This document shows, piece by piece, positions 35,321 through 43,697 of a DNA stretch of 64,000 bases. The first letter of the stretch is position 1, and the number at the start of each line of letters is the position of its first letter. The stretch is from an uncultured Armatimonadia bacterium. GTDB lineage: Bacteria; Armatimonadota; Zipacnadia; UBA1398. Position numbers and translations under genes: made by a program. The stretch covers positions 30,857 through 94,856 of the forward strand of contig CAZRDB010000002.1 of NCBI GenBank assembly GCA_964598695.1, written 5' to 3'. The notes under the pieces were generated by a model that searched no databases, was not told the origin of the DNA, and worked only from the letters and a program-made list of their open reading frames with translations.

Positions 35321-37167
35321 AGTCACGACTGCGCATCGTGGTGCCCGTCTTGCTGCTCGCGGCCGCGGCCGTGGGGCTCGCCTACGCCCGCCACGCCCGC
35401 ACCGTCGCCGACGCCGAGGGTGCCGTCTCCGGCAGCGGGACGGTCGAGGCGACCGAGGTCGCCGTCTCGGCCGAGGCCAACGGGCGCATCACGGTCCTGC
35501 GGGTCGAGGAGGGGCAGGCCGTCGAGGAGGGCGCGGTCATCGCCGAGCTGGCGCACAGCGTGCTCGACGCCCAGCAGAAGCAGGCCGAGGCCGCCGCGTA
35601 TGCCGCCCGCATGCAGCTCGCCGAGGTCGCGCGGGGCGCCCGCTCCGAGGAAGTCCGCGCCCGCGCCGCCACGTTGAAGGAAGCGAGTGCCTCGCTGCTC
35701 GGCGCGCAGACCCAGCGCAACATCGCCCGCGAGTCGCTGGAGCATCCCACCGACCTGCAGGCGGCCGTCGACAGCGCCCAGACCCAGATCGCCCTTGCCG
35801 AGGCGCAGCTCGCCGCCTCCTCGGCGCTGCGCGACGAGGCGGTCAGCGGCCCCCGGGCCGAGGAGATCGCCTCAGCGCGCGCCGCGCTCGCCCAAGCCGA
35901 TGCCGCCGTGAGCGGAGCCGTCGCCGAGTGCGCTGAAGCCGAGCGGGCCTGCGCCGCCCGCGAGGCGGCCCGCACGCCGATTACCAAGGCCGAGACCGAA
36001 CTCGCGATGGGGGAGGCGGCCCGTGCCGCCGCCGAAGCGCGCCGCCAGCAGGTGGAGAACCCGCCCCGGCCCGCGAAGCGCGAGCAGGTGACGCACCAGA
36101 TCGCCGCCGCGCGCTCGGCCTACTCCCTGGCGGAGCAGAACGCCTCCCGCGTGCAGCGCCTGCGCGAGGCCGATGCGGCGACCGATCAGGAACTCGACTC
36201 GGCGGTTACCGCCCGCGACCAGGCGCTCGCGAGCCTCAACACGGCCGAGGCCGCCCTGGCCGACCTCGACGCCGGCGCCCGCGAGGCCGAACGACGGGAG
36301 GCCGCCGCGGGCGTCGCCCAGGCCACCGCCGGTGTCCAGGGCGCGCGCGCGCAGATCGCGAACGCGGGCCACGAGCAGGAGGCCCAGGTCGCCCAGGCCC
36401 GCCAGCAGCTTGCCCGCGCCCGGTCGGCCGTCGAGCAGGCCCGCGAGGTTCGCGCGCAGGCGGCCTCCCGCCTCGCGCTGCTGGAGGTCGGCACCCGGCC
36501 GGAGCAGCTCCGCCAGGCCGAGGCCCAGCTTACGGGGTCCGACGCCGGGCTTCTCGGCGCGCGCACGGCTCTCGCCAACGCCAGCACCGCCCACGCTCAG
36601 CGGTTCGCCCAGCGCCAGCAGGTTGCGGCCACCGAGCAGGCGGTCGGCGTCGCCGAAGCAAAGGTCCAGGCGGCCCGTGCCCAGCTCGATCTCGCCCTCG
36701 CGGGCAACACCGACGAGCTGGTTCAGGTCGCGCAGGGCAAGGCGATGGAGGCCGACGCGGCCGTCGAGGTCGTGAAGGCCCGCGTCAACGACTGCTACAT
36801 CCGGGCCCCGCGCGCCGGCACCATCAGCGAGATCGTGTTGCGCGAGGGCGAGATGGTCTCGCCCGGAGCCACGATCGTCCGGATGCTCGACCTCTCGAGT
36901 CTGTGGGTGCGGGTCTACCTGCCGGTCAAGCAGTTCGGCAAGGTCCGGCTCGGAACGACGGCCCAGGTTCGGACGGACGCCGACCCGAGCAAGGCCTACC
37001 CGGGCCAGGTCGTCGCCGTCAGCGACGAATCGGAGTTCACGCCCCGCAACACGCAGACCGTCGAGGAGCGCGTGAAGCAGGTGTTCTGGGTGAAGGTCGG
37101 CGTTGGCGACGGCCAGGGCGAACTGAAGCCCGGCATGCCCGCCGACGTCGCACTGGCCGAGCGCTAG
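35317..37167 (+). CDS. HlyD-family periplasmic adaptor (membrane fusion protein) with an exceptionally long coiled-coil hairpin
   Basis: N-terminal TM anchor MKSRLRIVVPVLLLAAAAVGLAY, barrel-sandwich start GTVEATEVAVSAEANGRITVLRVEEGQAVEEGAVIAEL, then roughly 450 aa of A/E/R/Q-rich heptad sequence, and a C-terminal beta-barrel IRAPRAGTISEIVLREGEMVSPGATIVRMLD. ATGA overlap with the TolC gene. Confidence 0.8.
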   Translation: MKSRLRIVVPVLLLAAAAVGLAYARHARTVADAEGAVSGSGTVEATEVAVSAEANGRITVLRVEEGQAVEEGAVIAELAHSVLDAQQKQAEAAAYAARMQLAEVARGARSEEVRARAATLKEASASLLGAQTQRNIARESLEHPTDLQAAVDSAQTQIALAEAQLAASSALRDEAVSGPRAEEIASARAALAQADAAVSGAVAECAEAERACAAREAARTPITKAETELAMGEAARAAAEARRQQVENPPRPAKREQVTHQIAAARSAYSLAEQNASRVQRLREADAATDQELDSAVTARDQALASLNTAEAALADLDAGAREAERREAAAGVAQATAGVQGARAQIANAGHEQEAQVAQARQQLARARSAVEQAREVRAQAASRLALLEVGTRPEQLRQAEAQLTGSDAGLLGARTALANASTAHAQRFAQRQQVAATEQAVGVAEAKVQAARAQLDLALAGNTDELVQVAQGKAMEADAAVEVVKARVNDCYIRAPRAGTISEIVLREGEMVSPGATIVRMLDLSSLWVRVYLPVKQFGKVRLGTTAQVRTDADPSKAYPGQVVAVSDESEFTPRNTQTVEERVKQVFWVKVGVGDGQGELKPGMPADVALAER

Positions 37168-37206
37168 AGCAGTTCTCGAAAGCTCCCGCGCGCAAGAGCG
37201 AAGAGC

Positions 37207-37291
37207 GACAACCTGCGGAGGGTTGCCCCTCCGCACCACCCTAGGCGGTTGCCGTCGGGGCCAAAGCCCGCGAGCCCCGACGACAACCGCT
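37207..37291 (+). repeat. REP-like palindromic element, copy A (9-bp-stem hairpin tgcggaggg-ttgc-ccctccgca plus a second 18-bp imperfect hairpin)
   Basis: gacaacctgcggagggttgcccctccgcaccaccctaggcggttgccgtcggggcc, then aaagcccgcga, then gccccgacgacaaccgct. The 16-nt arm (37210-37225) and 19-nt arm (37244-37262) are identical to the reverse complement of copy B at 43061-43076 and 43025-43043. Confidence 0.7.
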
Positions 37292-37402
37292 CAGGTCGAG
37301 CAGAAGGACGAGCACTCGACAGACCGCCTCTCGCCGCTGGTACCTGCAGGGACTTTCGGGAACCACTCGAGCGAGCCGCGGGACGGGAAGGACAGGGGAG
37401 TC

Positions 37403-38824
37403 GTGGAGGCGCCGCTCTGGCACAAGGTCGCCGCCGGTGTGATCTTCGCCGCCGCCTATGTGCTGATCGCGACCGACCGCTTCGACAAGACCAAGGTGGC
37501 GTTGCTCGGCGCCGTCGCCATGCTGCTGCTCGGCGTCGTCTCCCAGCACGATGCCTTCGGCGTGCATGAGCGAAGCCTCAGCGTGGTCGAGCACGTCGCC
37601 GCCGCCGAGCCCTCGCTCGGGGAGGAGGGCGTGGTCGAGGACCTCGAGCGGGCCGGGCTCCGCGACGTGCCCGGCGTGGACTGGAACACGATCGTCCTGC
37701 TGCTCGGCATGATGATCTACGTGGGGGTTCTCGGCCGCACCGGCGCGCTCCAGTGGGTCGCAGTCCGGTGCGCGAAGCTCGCGCGCGGGGAGCCCGTCGT
37801 CATCATGGTGCTCCTCGCGAGCGTGACCGGCATCGTCTCGGCCGCGCTCGACAACGTCACGACGATCCTTCTCATCGCGCCGGTCACGCTGCTGCTGTGT
37901 GAGGCCTTGGGCGTCAGCCCGATCCCCATGCTCATCGCCGAGGTGCTCGCGTCGAATATCGGCGGGACGGCGACGCTGGTGGGCGATCCGCCGAACATCA
38001 TCATCGCCTCGGCGGCCGGGTTCGGGTTCACGGAGTTCCTGATCCACCTCGCGCCCGTGGTCGTGGTCCTGCTGGTCGCCTTCGGTCCCTACGCCATCCT
38101 CATCTGGGGCCCGGAGCTGCGGGCCTCGCCCGAGCGCAAGCGCGCCGTGCTCGCGCTCGACGAACGCAAGGCGATCCGCGACCCGCGCTTGCTGCGGAAG
38201 TGCCTCTGGATCGGCGGGCTCATCCTCGCCGGGTTCCTGGTGCAGGGGCCGCTCGGCTGGGGTCCCGCGACCGTTGCGCTCGCCGGCGCCGTGCTGCTTC
38301 TGGCGATCGCGCGGCTGCCGCTCGAGGACGGCCTGCGCGGCGTCGAGTGGGCCACGCTGTTCTTCTTCATCGGCCTGTTCATCATGGTCGGCGGGTTGGT
38401 GAAGGTCGGCCTCGTCCAGGCCGCGAGCCAGTGGATCCTCGTGCGCTTCGGCGGCAACACGCTCGTGCTGGCCCTCGTCATCCTGTGGTTCAGCGCGATC
38501 GCCAGCGCGGTGGTCGACAACATCCCCTACGTCGCGACCATGTGTCCGCTGATCAACAGCCTCGCGCGGGCGATCACCGACCTCCCGGCCGCCGAGGCCG
38601 CGCACGACCCGAGGATCCTGCCGCTGTGGTGGGCGCTCGCCCTCGGAGCCTGCCTGGGTGGGAACGGGACTCTGGTCGGCGCGTCGGCCAACGTCGTCGC
38701 CGCGGGACTGGCCGAGAAGGCAGGATCGCGGATCACCTTCCGCGAGTTCACCCGGCACGGGGCGCCGGTGGCGCTCTCGACCGTCGGCGTCTCCACGATC
38801 TACCTGCTGATCCGCTATCTGTAG
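37403..38824 (+). CDS. ArsB/NhaD-superfamily (CitMHS-like) anion/cation permease
   Basis: LWHKVAAGVIFAAAYVLIATDRFDKTKVALLGAVAMLLLGV and a duplicated permease repeat, about 12 TM. Proposed GTG start at 37403 (gggaagga upstream). The track ORF's TTG start at 37223 lies inside the REP hairpin and is rejected. Confidence 0.65.
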   Translation: MEAPLWHKVAAGVIFAAAYVLIATDRFDKTKVALLGAVAMLLLGVVSQHDAFGVHERSLSVVEHVAAAEPSLGEEGVVEDLERAGLRDVPGVDWNTIVLLLGMMIYVGVLGRTGALQWVAVRCAKLARGEPVVIMVLLASVTGIVSAALDNVTTILLIAPVTLLLCEALGVSPIPMLIAEVLASNIGGTATLVGDPPNIIIASAAGFGFTEFLIHLAPVVVVLLVAFGPYAILIWGPELRASPERKRAVLALDERKAIRDPRLLRKCLWIGGLILAGFLVQGPLGWGPATVALAGAVLLLAIARLPLEDGLRGVEWATLFFFIGLFIMVGGLVKVGLVQAASQWILVRFGGNTLVLALVILWFSAIASAVVDNIPYVATMCPLINSLARAITDLPAAEAAHDPRILPLWWALALGACLGGNGTLVGASANVVAAGLAEKAGSRITFREFTRHGAPVALSTVGVSTIYLLIRYL

Positions 38825-38841
38825 AAGAGGAGCGCGGCGCG

Positions 38842-39792
38842 GTGAGCGACTCCGCCCCCCGACAACACGCGGTCGAGACGACGGGGCTCTCGAAGCTCTT
38901 CGGGAGCGTCCGCGCCGTGGACGGCGTCGATCTGTCGGTGCGCGCTGGCGAGGTCTTCGGCCTGATCGGCGCCGACGGCGCCGGCAAGACCACGCTGCTC
39001 CGCATGTTGTGCGGTGTGCTGAGCCCGGACGGCGGCGAAGCGCGCGTGGCCGGCCGCGACGTGCTCCGGGAGCCTGAAGCCGTCAAGCGTCGCATCGGCT
39101 ACCTCTCCCAGGCGTTCAGCCTCTACGCCGATCTCACGGTCGAAGAGAACGTCGACTTCTGCGCCGACCTGTACTGCACGCCCCGGACGGAGGTGAAGCG
39201 GCTGAAGGACGACATGCTCACGATGACCAACCTCGCGCCCTTCCGCCGCCGCCTCGCGGGCCGTCTGTCGGGCGGCATGAAGCAGAAGCTGGGGCTGATC
39301 TGCGCCCTGATCCATCGGCCTGAGGTGCTGATCCTCGACGAGCCCACGACGGGTGTCGACCCCATCTCGCGCCGCGACTTCTGGCAGATCCTCGCCGACC
39401 TGCCCGCCCAGGGCGTCACCGTGCTGCTCAGCTCCCCGTACATGGATGAGGCCTCCCGTTGCCACCGCCTCGCGGTCATGCACCGGGGCAAGGTGCTCGC
39501 GACCGGCACGACCGAGGAGCTGCAGCGGGCCGTCGAGGGCGCCGTGCTCGAGATCGTGACCACCGAGGTCCGCCCGGCCCTCGATGCCCTCGCCGGCCTC
39601 GAGGGCCTCCTCAGCCTCACCCCCTTCGGCGATGCGCTCCATGCGCGCGTCCGTTCCGAGCAGGGGGCCATCGAGCGAGCGGGGGCGGCGCTGGCCGCGG
39701 CAGGCGTTCCCTGCGCGAGCATCGCCGTCGTGGAGGCGAGCCTCGAGGATGCCTTCCTCGAGGCCGTCGGCCGGGCGGGTGCGAGCCGATGA
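38842..39792 (+). CDS. ABC transporter ATP-binding protein (ABC-2/YbhF-type, first of two)
   Basis: Walker A GADGAGKTT, signature LSGGMKQK, Walker B LILDEPT. GTG at 38842 with gaagaggag upstream. Confidence 0.85.
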   Translation: MSDSAPRQHAVETTGLSKLFGSVRAVDGVDLSVRAGEVFGLIGADGAGKTTLLRMLCGVLSPDGGEARVAGRDVLREPEAVKRRIGYLSQAFSLYADLTVEENVDFCADLYCTPRTEVKRLKDDMLTMTNLAPFRRRLAGRLSGGMKQKLGLICALIHRPEVLILDEPTTGVDPISRRDFWQILADLPAQGVTVLLSSPYMDEASRCHRLAVMHRGKVLATGTTEELQRAVEGAVLEIVTTEVRPALDALAGLEGLLSLTPFGDALHARVRSEQGAIERAGAALAAAGVPCASIAVVEASLEDAFLEAVGRAGASR

Positions 39793-40739
39793 GCGCGCCT
39801 CTCGCGATCGACATCCGCGACCTGACCAAGCGCTTCGGCGGCTTCACCGCCGTCGACCAGGTGAGCCTGACCGTCGAGCCCGGGGAGGTCTTCGGCTTCC
39901 TGGGCCCCAACGGGTGCGGCAAGTCGACCACCATCCGCATGCTGTGCGGCTTGCTGCGCCCCTCCAGCGGGCACGCCAGCGTCGCCGGGCTCGACGTCGC
40001 GCGGCAGTCGGAGGCCGTCCGGCGGCGGATCGGCTACGTCGCCCAGTTCTTCTACCTCTACGGCGATCTCACCGTCGCGGAGAACATGGACCTCTACGGG
40101 GGGATCTACGGCGTTTCCGACGCGATCCTCCGCGAGAGGATCGGCCACTGGCTCGACCGGCTCGACCTCGCCGAGATCCGCGACGTGCCGGCCGACGCCC
40201 TCTCGACCGGCGTCCAGCGACGGCTCTCGCTGGCCTGTGCCGTCCTGCACGAGCCCCCCGTCCTGCTGCTCGACGAACCTACGAGCGGGGTCGACCCGGC
40301 CGCGCGGCGCGAGTTCTTCGCGGTGATCGGGGAGCTGGCCGAGCGCGGCGCCGCGATCCTGGTCACGACGCACGTGATGGACGAGGCCGAGCGCTGCAAC
40401 CGGCTCGCGCTGATGAACCGGGGACGCATCCGGGCGCTCGGCACGCCGGCCGAGATCAAGCAGAGCTGCCCGGGCGCCTTCTATGCGCTGCGCGTGGCCG
40501 AGGTCAAACGCACCGTCGAGCGCGCGCGCGAGCACCCCGCCGTCTGGCACGCCCATCCCTTCGGCGTCGAGGTCCAGCTCCAACTCACGGAGGCCAACCC
40601 GGCCGTCGCCGAGGAGGTCTGCCGCTGGCTCCGCGAGCAGGGGATCGACTGCGGTCCGCCGCGGCCGGTCCGCGCGACGATCGAGCACACCTTCCTCAGC
40701 CTGCTGGGGCAGGACGCGGACGAAGGGGTGGGAGCGTGA
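39789..40739 (+). CDS. ABC transporter ATP-binding protein (second of two)
   Basis: GPNGCGKST, LSTGVQRR, LLLDEPT. ATGA overlap with the previous ATPase. Confidence 0.85.
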   Translation: MSAPLAIDIRDLTKRFGGFTAVDQVSLTVEPGEVFGFLGPNGCGKSTTIRMLCGLLRPSSGHASVAGLDVARQSEAVRRRIGYVAQFFYLYGDLTVAENMDLYGGIYGVSDAILRERIGHWLDRLDLAEIRDVPADALSTGVQRRLSLACAVLHEPPVLLLDEPTSGVDPAARREFFAVIGELAERGAAILVTTHVMDEAERCNRLALMNRGRIRALGTPAEIKQSCPGAFYALRVAEVKRTVERAREHPAVWHAHPFGVEVQLQLTEANPAVAEEVCRWLREQGIDCGPPRPVRATIEHTFLSLLGQDADEGVGA

Positions 40740-41860
40740 GGCGCCTCTGGGCCGTGGCCCGCAAGGAGTTCGTTCACCTCAGGCGCGACCCCCGCAGCCT
40801 GATCGCGGCCGTGATCCTCCCCGTCACCCTGCTGCTGCTGTACGGATTCGCCGTCGACTTCGACCTGAAGTACCTGCCCTTCGCGGTGGTCGACCACGAC
40901 CACACGCAGGCCTCGCGGCGCGCGATCGAGGCGGTCTCCACGATCCATGGCTTCCACAACATCGGGCCCCTCGAGAGCGCCGACGAGGCCGAGGAGGTCT
41001 TCGCGCGCCGGCGGGCGATGGCCGTCGTGGTGATCCCGGCCGGCTTCGAGTCCGACCTGATCGGCCGTCGACCGGCCTCGCTCCAGATCCTCATCGACGG
41101 CGCCAACAGCACGATGGCCTCGACGGCGGTCGCCTACCTGAACGGCGCGGCGGAGGCGATCGGGGCCCGGCTCGTGGTCCAGACGCTCTCGACGACGGCC
41201 TTCCGGATGCCTCGCTCGTCGGTGGAGGCGCGCGTCCGGGTGCTGTACAACCCGAACCTGAGAAGCCGGGTCTTCCTCGTCCCCGGCCTCATCGCCATCA
41301 TCCTCATGCTCATGGCGGCGCTGCTCACCTCCGGGACCGTGGTCCGCGAGCGCGAGCGGGGGAGCTTCGAGCTGCTCGCGGCCAGCCCGCTCAGCCCGCT
41401 CGAGATGCTGCTCGGCAAGCTGCTGCCCTACTGGATCCTCTCGGCCCTCGACGTGGTCCTCGTGGTCGCGACGGGCTGGATCGTCTTCGGCGTCGCGCCC
41501 AAAGGCAATCTGCTCCTGTTGTTCGCCGTCTCGACCGTCTTCGTCGCCTCGGCCCTCTCGCTCGGGCTGCTGTTCTCCTGCATCATGCGCACGCAGCAGC
41601 TCGCGTTCCTCATCTCGTTCATCACGACGGTCCTGCCCACCATGCTGCTCTCGGGCTTCGCCTTCCCCGTCCGCAACATGCCGCGGCCGCTGCAATTGCT
41701 GGCGCAGATCTTCCCCGCCACCCACTACATCCCGGTCGTCCGCGCCGTGATCCTCAAGGGCTCCGGCTGGGACGTCATCCGGATCCGCGTCGCCGTGCTC
41801 ACCCTGATCGCGACGATCCTCGTCTGGATCGCGCTCCGGAGCTTCCGCAAGACCCTGTGA
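40736..41860 (+). CDS. ABC-2 family transporter permease (YbhS/YbhR-like)
   Basis: GTGA overlap with the ATPase gene. N-terminus VRRLWAVARKEFVHLRRDPRSLIAAVILP typical of ABC-2 permeases; 6 TM. Confidence 0.8.
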   Translation: MRRLWAVARKEFVHLRRDPRSLIAAVILPVTLLLLYGFAVDFDLKYLPFAVVDHDHTQASRRAIEAVSTIHGFHNIGPLESADEAEEVFARRRAMAVVVIPAGFESDLIGRRPASLQILIDGANSTMASTAVAYLNGAAEAIGARLVVQTLSTTAFRMPRSSVEARVRVLYNPNLRSRVFLVPGLIAIILMLMAALLTSGTVVRERERGSFELLAASPLSPLEMLLGKLLPYWILSALDVVLVVATGWIVFGVAPKGNLLLLFAVSTVFVASALSLGLLFSCIMRTQQLAFLISFITTVLPTMLLSGFAFPVRNMPRPLQLLAQIFPATHYIPVVRAVILKGSGWDVIRIRVAVLTLIATILVWIALRSFRKTL

Positions 41861-41879
41861 GAGGAAGGGAGGTCGGCCG

Positions 41880-43001
41880 ATGCGTTTCCGCAAGCTGCTG
41901 AAGAAGGAGGTCCGCCAGTTCGTGCGCAACACCTACATGCTGCGCATGGCGATCCTCATGCCGATCTTCCAGACCCTGCTGCTCTCCTTCGCCGCGAACA
42001 CCGACGTCGTTCATGTCCCCGTTGTGGTCTACGACGAGGACGCCTCGCGCCACAGCCGCGAGTTCGCGGCCAAGATCGACTCGACCGTCACCTTCGACGT
42101 CACCCGCTACGTGCTGAGCCCCGCCGCGGTCGAGCGTCAGCTCGAGACCGGCGCGGCCGAGGTCGGCCTGGTCATCCCCCGCGGCTTCGACCGCGACCTC
42201 GAGCGCGGCGGCGCGACCGCCCAGGTGCTCGTCAACGGCGCCGACTCGACCACCGCGCTGGCCGCGGGTAGCTACCTCGGCCAGGTTGCGGCCGGCTACA
42301 ACACCGCCGTGCGCACCGAGCTGGCCGAGCGGCGCGGACCGTTGCCGCAGTTGCCCTCGATCCGCGCCGAGACCCGCGTTCTCTACAACCCCGACCTGCG
42401 AAGCCTGTGGTTCATGGCCCCCGGCGTCATGGCGATGGTCCTGCTGATCCTCATGCAGAACTTCAGCGCTCTGACCGTGGCCCGCGAACGCGAGCTGGGG
42501 ACCTTCGAGCAACTCGTCATCACCCCGGTCCGGTCGTGGGAGGTGCTGCTCGCGAAGCTCGTACCCCTCGCAGCGGTCGGGATCCTCGGCGGCGTGGTCG
42601 TCTGTCTGCTGGTCGTGTTTCTGCTCGGGGTCCCCCTGCGCGGCTCCATCCCCGCCCTCGCGGCCGCGACGCTGTCCTTCGTGGCCGCGAGCCTGGGTCT
42701 CGGCCTGCTGGTCTCCACGGTCTCCGCCAACCAGCAGCAGGCGCAGATGATGAACTTCTTCCTGATCTTCCCCTCGGTGCTGCTCTCGGGCTTCATCTTC
42801 CCGGTGGAGAACCTCCCTGTGCCGCTGTGGTGGGTGAGCCGGTTCGTGCCGCTCACCTACTACCTGGAGGTCATCCGTGGCGTGTTCCTGCGGGGCGCGG
42901 GGGTCGGTGCTCTCCTGACCCCGCAGATCCTCCCCCTCGCCGGGCTCGCCCTGGCCTTCTTCGCGCTCGGCGCCGTCCGTTTCCGCAAGCGCCTCGACTA
43001 G
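41880..43001 (+). CDS. ABC-2 family transporter permease (second copy)
   Basis: MRFRKLLKKEVRQFVRNTYMLRMAILMPIFQTLLL is an ABC-2 N-terminus. gaagggagg RBS. Confidence 0.8.
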   Translation: MRFRKLLKKEVRQFVRNTYMLRMAILMPIFQTLLLSFAANTDVVHVPVVVYDEDASRHSREFAAKIDSTVTFDVTRYVLSPAAVERQLETGAAEVGLVIPRGFDRDLERGGATAQVLVNGADSTTALAAGSYLGQVAAGYNTAVRTELAERRGPLPQLPSIRAETRVLYNPDLRSLWFMAPGVMAMVLLILMQNFSALTVARERELGTFEQLVITPVRSWEVLLAKLVPLAAVGILGGVVVCLLVVFLLGVPLRGSIPALAAATLSFVAASLGLGLLVSTVSANQQQAQMMNFFLIFPSVLLSGFIFPVENLPVPLWWVSRFVPLTYYLEVIRGVFLRGAGVGALLTPQILPLAGLALAFFALGAVRFRKRLD

Positions 43002-43120
43002 AGCGGCTCCCGGAAGTCGCTGCAGGCCCCGACGGCAACCGCCTCGGGTGGTGGGTGGGCCAACCCTCCGCAGGTTGCCGCTCGTCGCGCGTGCGCGCGG
43101 GAACTCGCGAGAGCCGCTCT
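43000..43120 (-). repeat. REP-like palindromic element, copy B (inverted relative to copy A), itself flanked by a 10-bp inverted repeat
   Basis: Core 43025-43079 is ggccccgacggcaaccgcctcgggtggtgggtgggccaaccctccgcaggttgcc. Its reverse complement matches copy A across two perfect blocks. Flanking 10-bp IR: agagcggctc (43000-43009) and gagccgctct (43111-43120). Confidence 0.65.
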
Positions 43121-43266
43121 CGAGCCGCCCGCCATCCGCCTCCGCCCTTGACGCCTCCCGGCCGCGCGCAGCAGGATACTGGTCAGACGCTGCGAAGCTC
43201 TAAGCTCGGACCGGCGGGTCGGGACTCCCGCCCCCCCGGAGAGCGGACTCGCGGAGGAGCACACAC

Positions 43267-43662
43267 ATGGCCAAGGAGAAGGTCCTGGTCGTCGATGACG
43301 AACGCGCGGTCGTCATGGTCATCGAGACCAACCTGCGGATCGCCGGCTACCAGGTCGTGACGGCCTACAACGGCCGCGAGGCCCTGGAGAAGATCCGCGC
43401 CGAGCATCCGGCGTGCGTGCTGCTCGACGTGATGATGCCCGAGATGAACGGCTGGGACGTGCTGCGCGAGATCCGCGCCGACGCGACGATCGAGCGTACG
43501 CAGGTCATCATGCTCACCGCGATGGCCGAGGACTCCGATATCACCAAGGGCTATGAACTCGGCGTCGACCACTACCTCACGAAGCCGTTCGAGCCGGAGG
43601 AACTCCTCGAGTTCGTCGAGCGCGTCATCGAGATGGGCAAGGACGAGGAGTTGATCGACTAG
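43267..43662 (+). CDS. Stand-alone response-regulator receiver domain (CheY-like)
   Basis: VLVVDDE...LLDVMMPEMNGWDVL...LTAM...LTKPF shows the conserved Asp pocket (DD, D, T, K). ggaggagcacacac upstream of the ATG. Confidence 0.85.
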   Translation: MAKEKVLVVDDERAVVMVIETNLRIAGYQVVTAYNGREALEKIRAEHPACVLLDVMMPEMNGWDVLREIRADATIERTQVIMLTAMAEDSDITKGYELGVDHYLTKPFEPEELLEFVERVIEMGKDEELID

Positions 43663-43697
43663 GACCCGGCCGCTCGCGTCGTGTCCGCTCCCTCGCC

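Noticed and set aside
37223-37402. The track ORF's N-terminal extension of the ArsB/NhaD permease (TTG at 37223, MPLRTTLGGCRRGQSPR...)
   Set aside because: Its first codons lie inside the 9-bp-stem REP hairpin (ttgc loop of tgcggaggg/ccctccgca), and the 60 extra residues are low-complexity with no TM. The protein's first hydrophobic helix begins right after the GTG at 37403, which has a gggaagga RBS.
43140-43185. Sigma-70-like promoter (ttgacg ... gatact) upstream of the response-regulator gene
   Set aside because: The spacer between the -35 and -10 candidates is about 21 nt, outside the functional 16-19 range. Promoter consensus in this lineage is not established.
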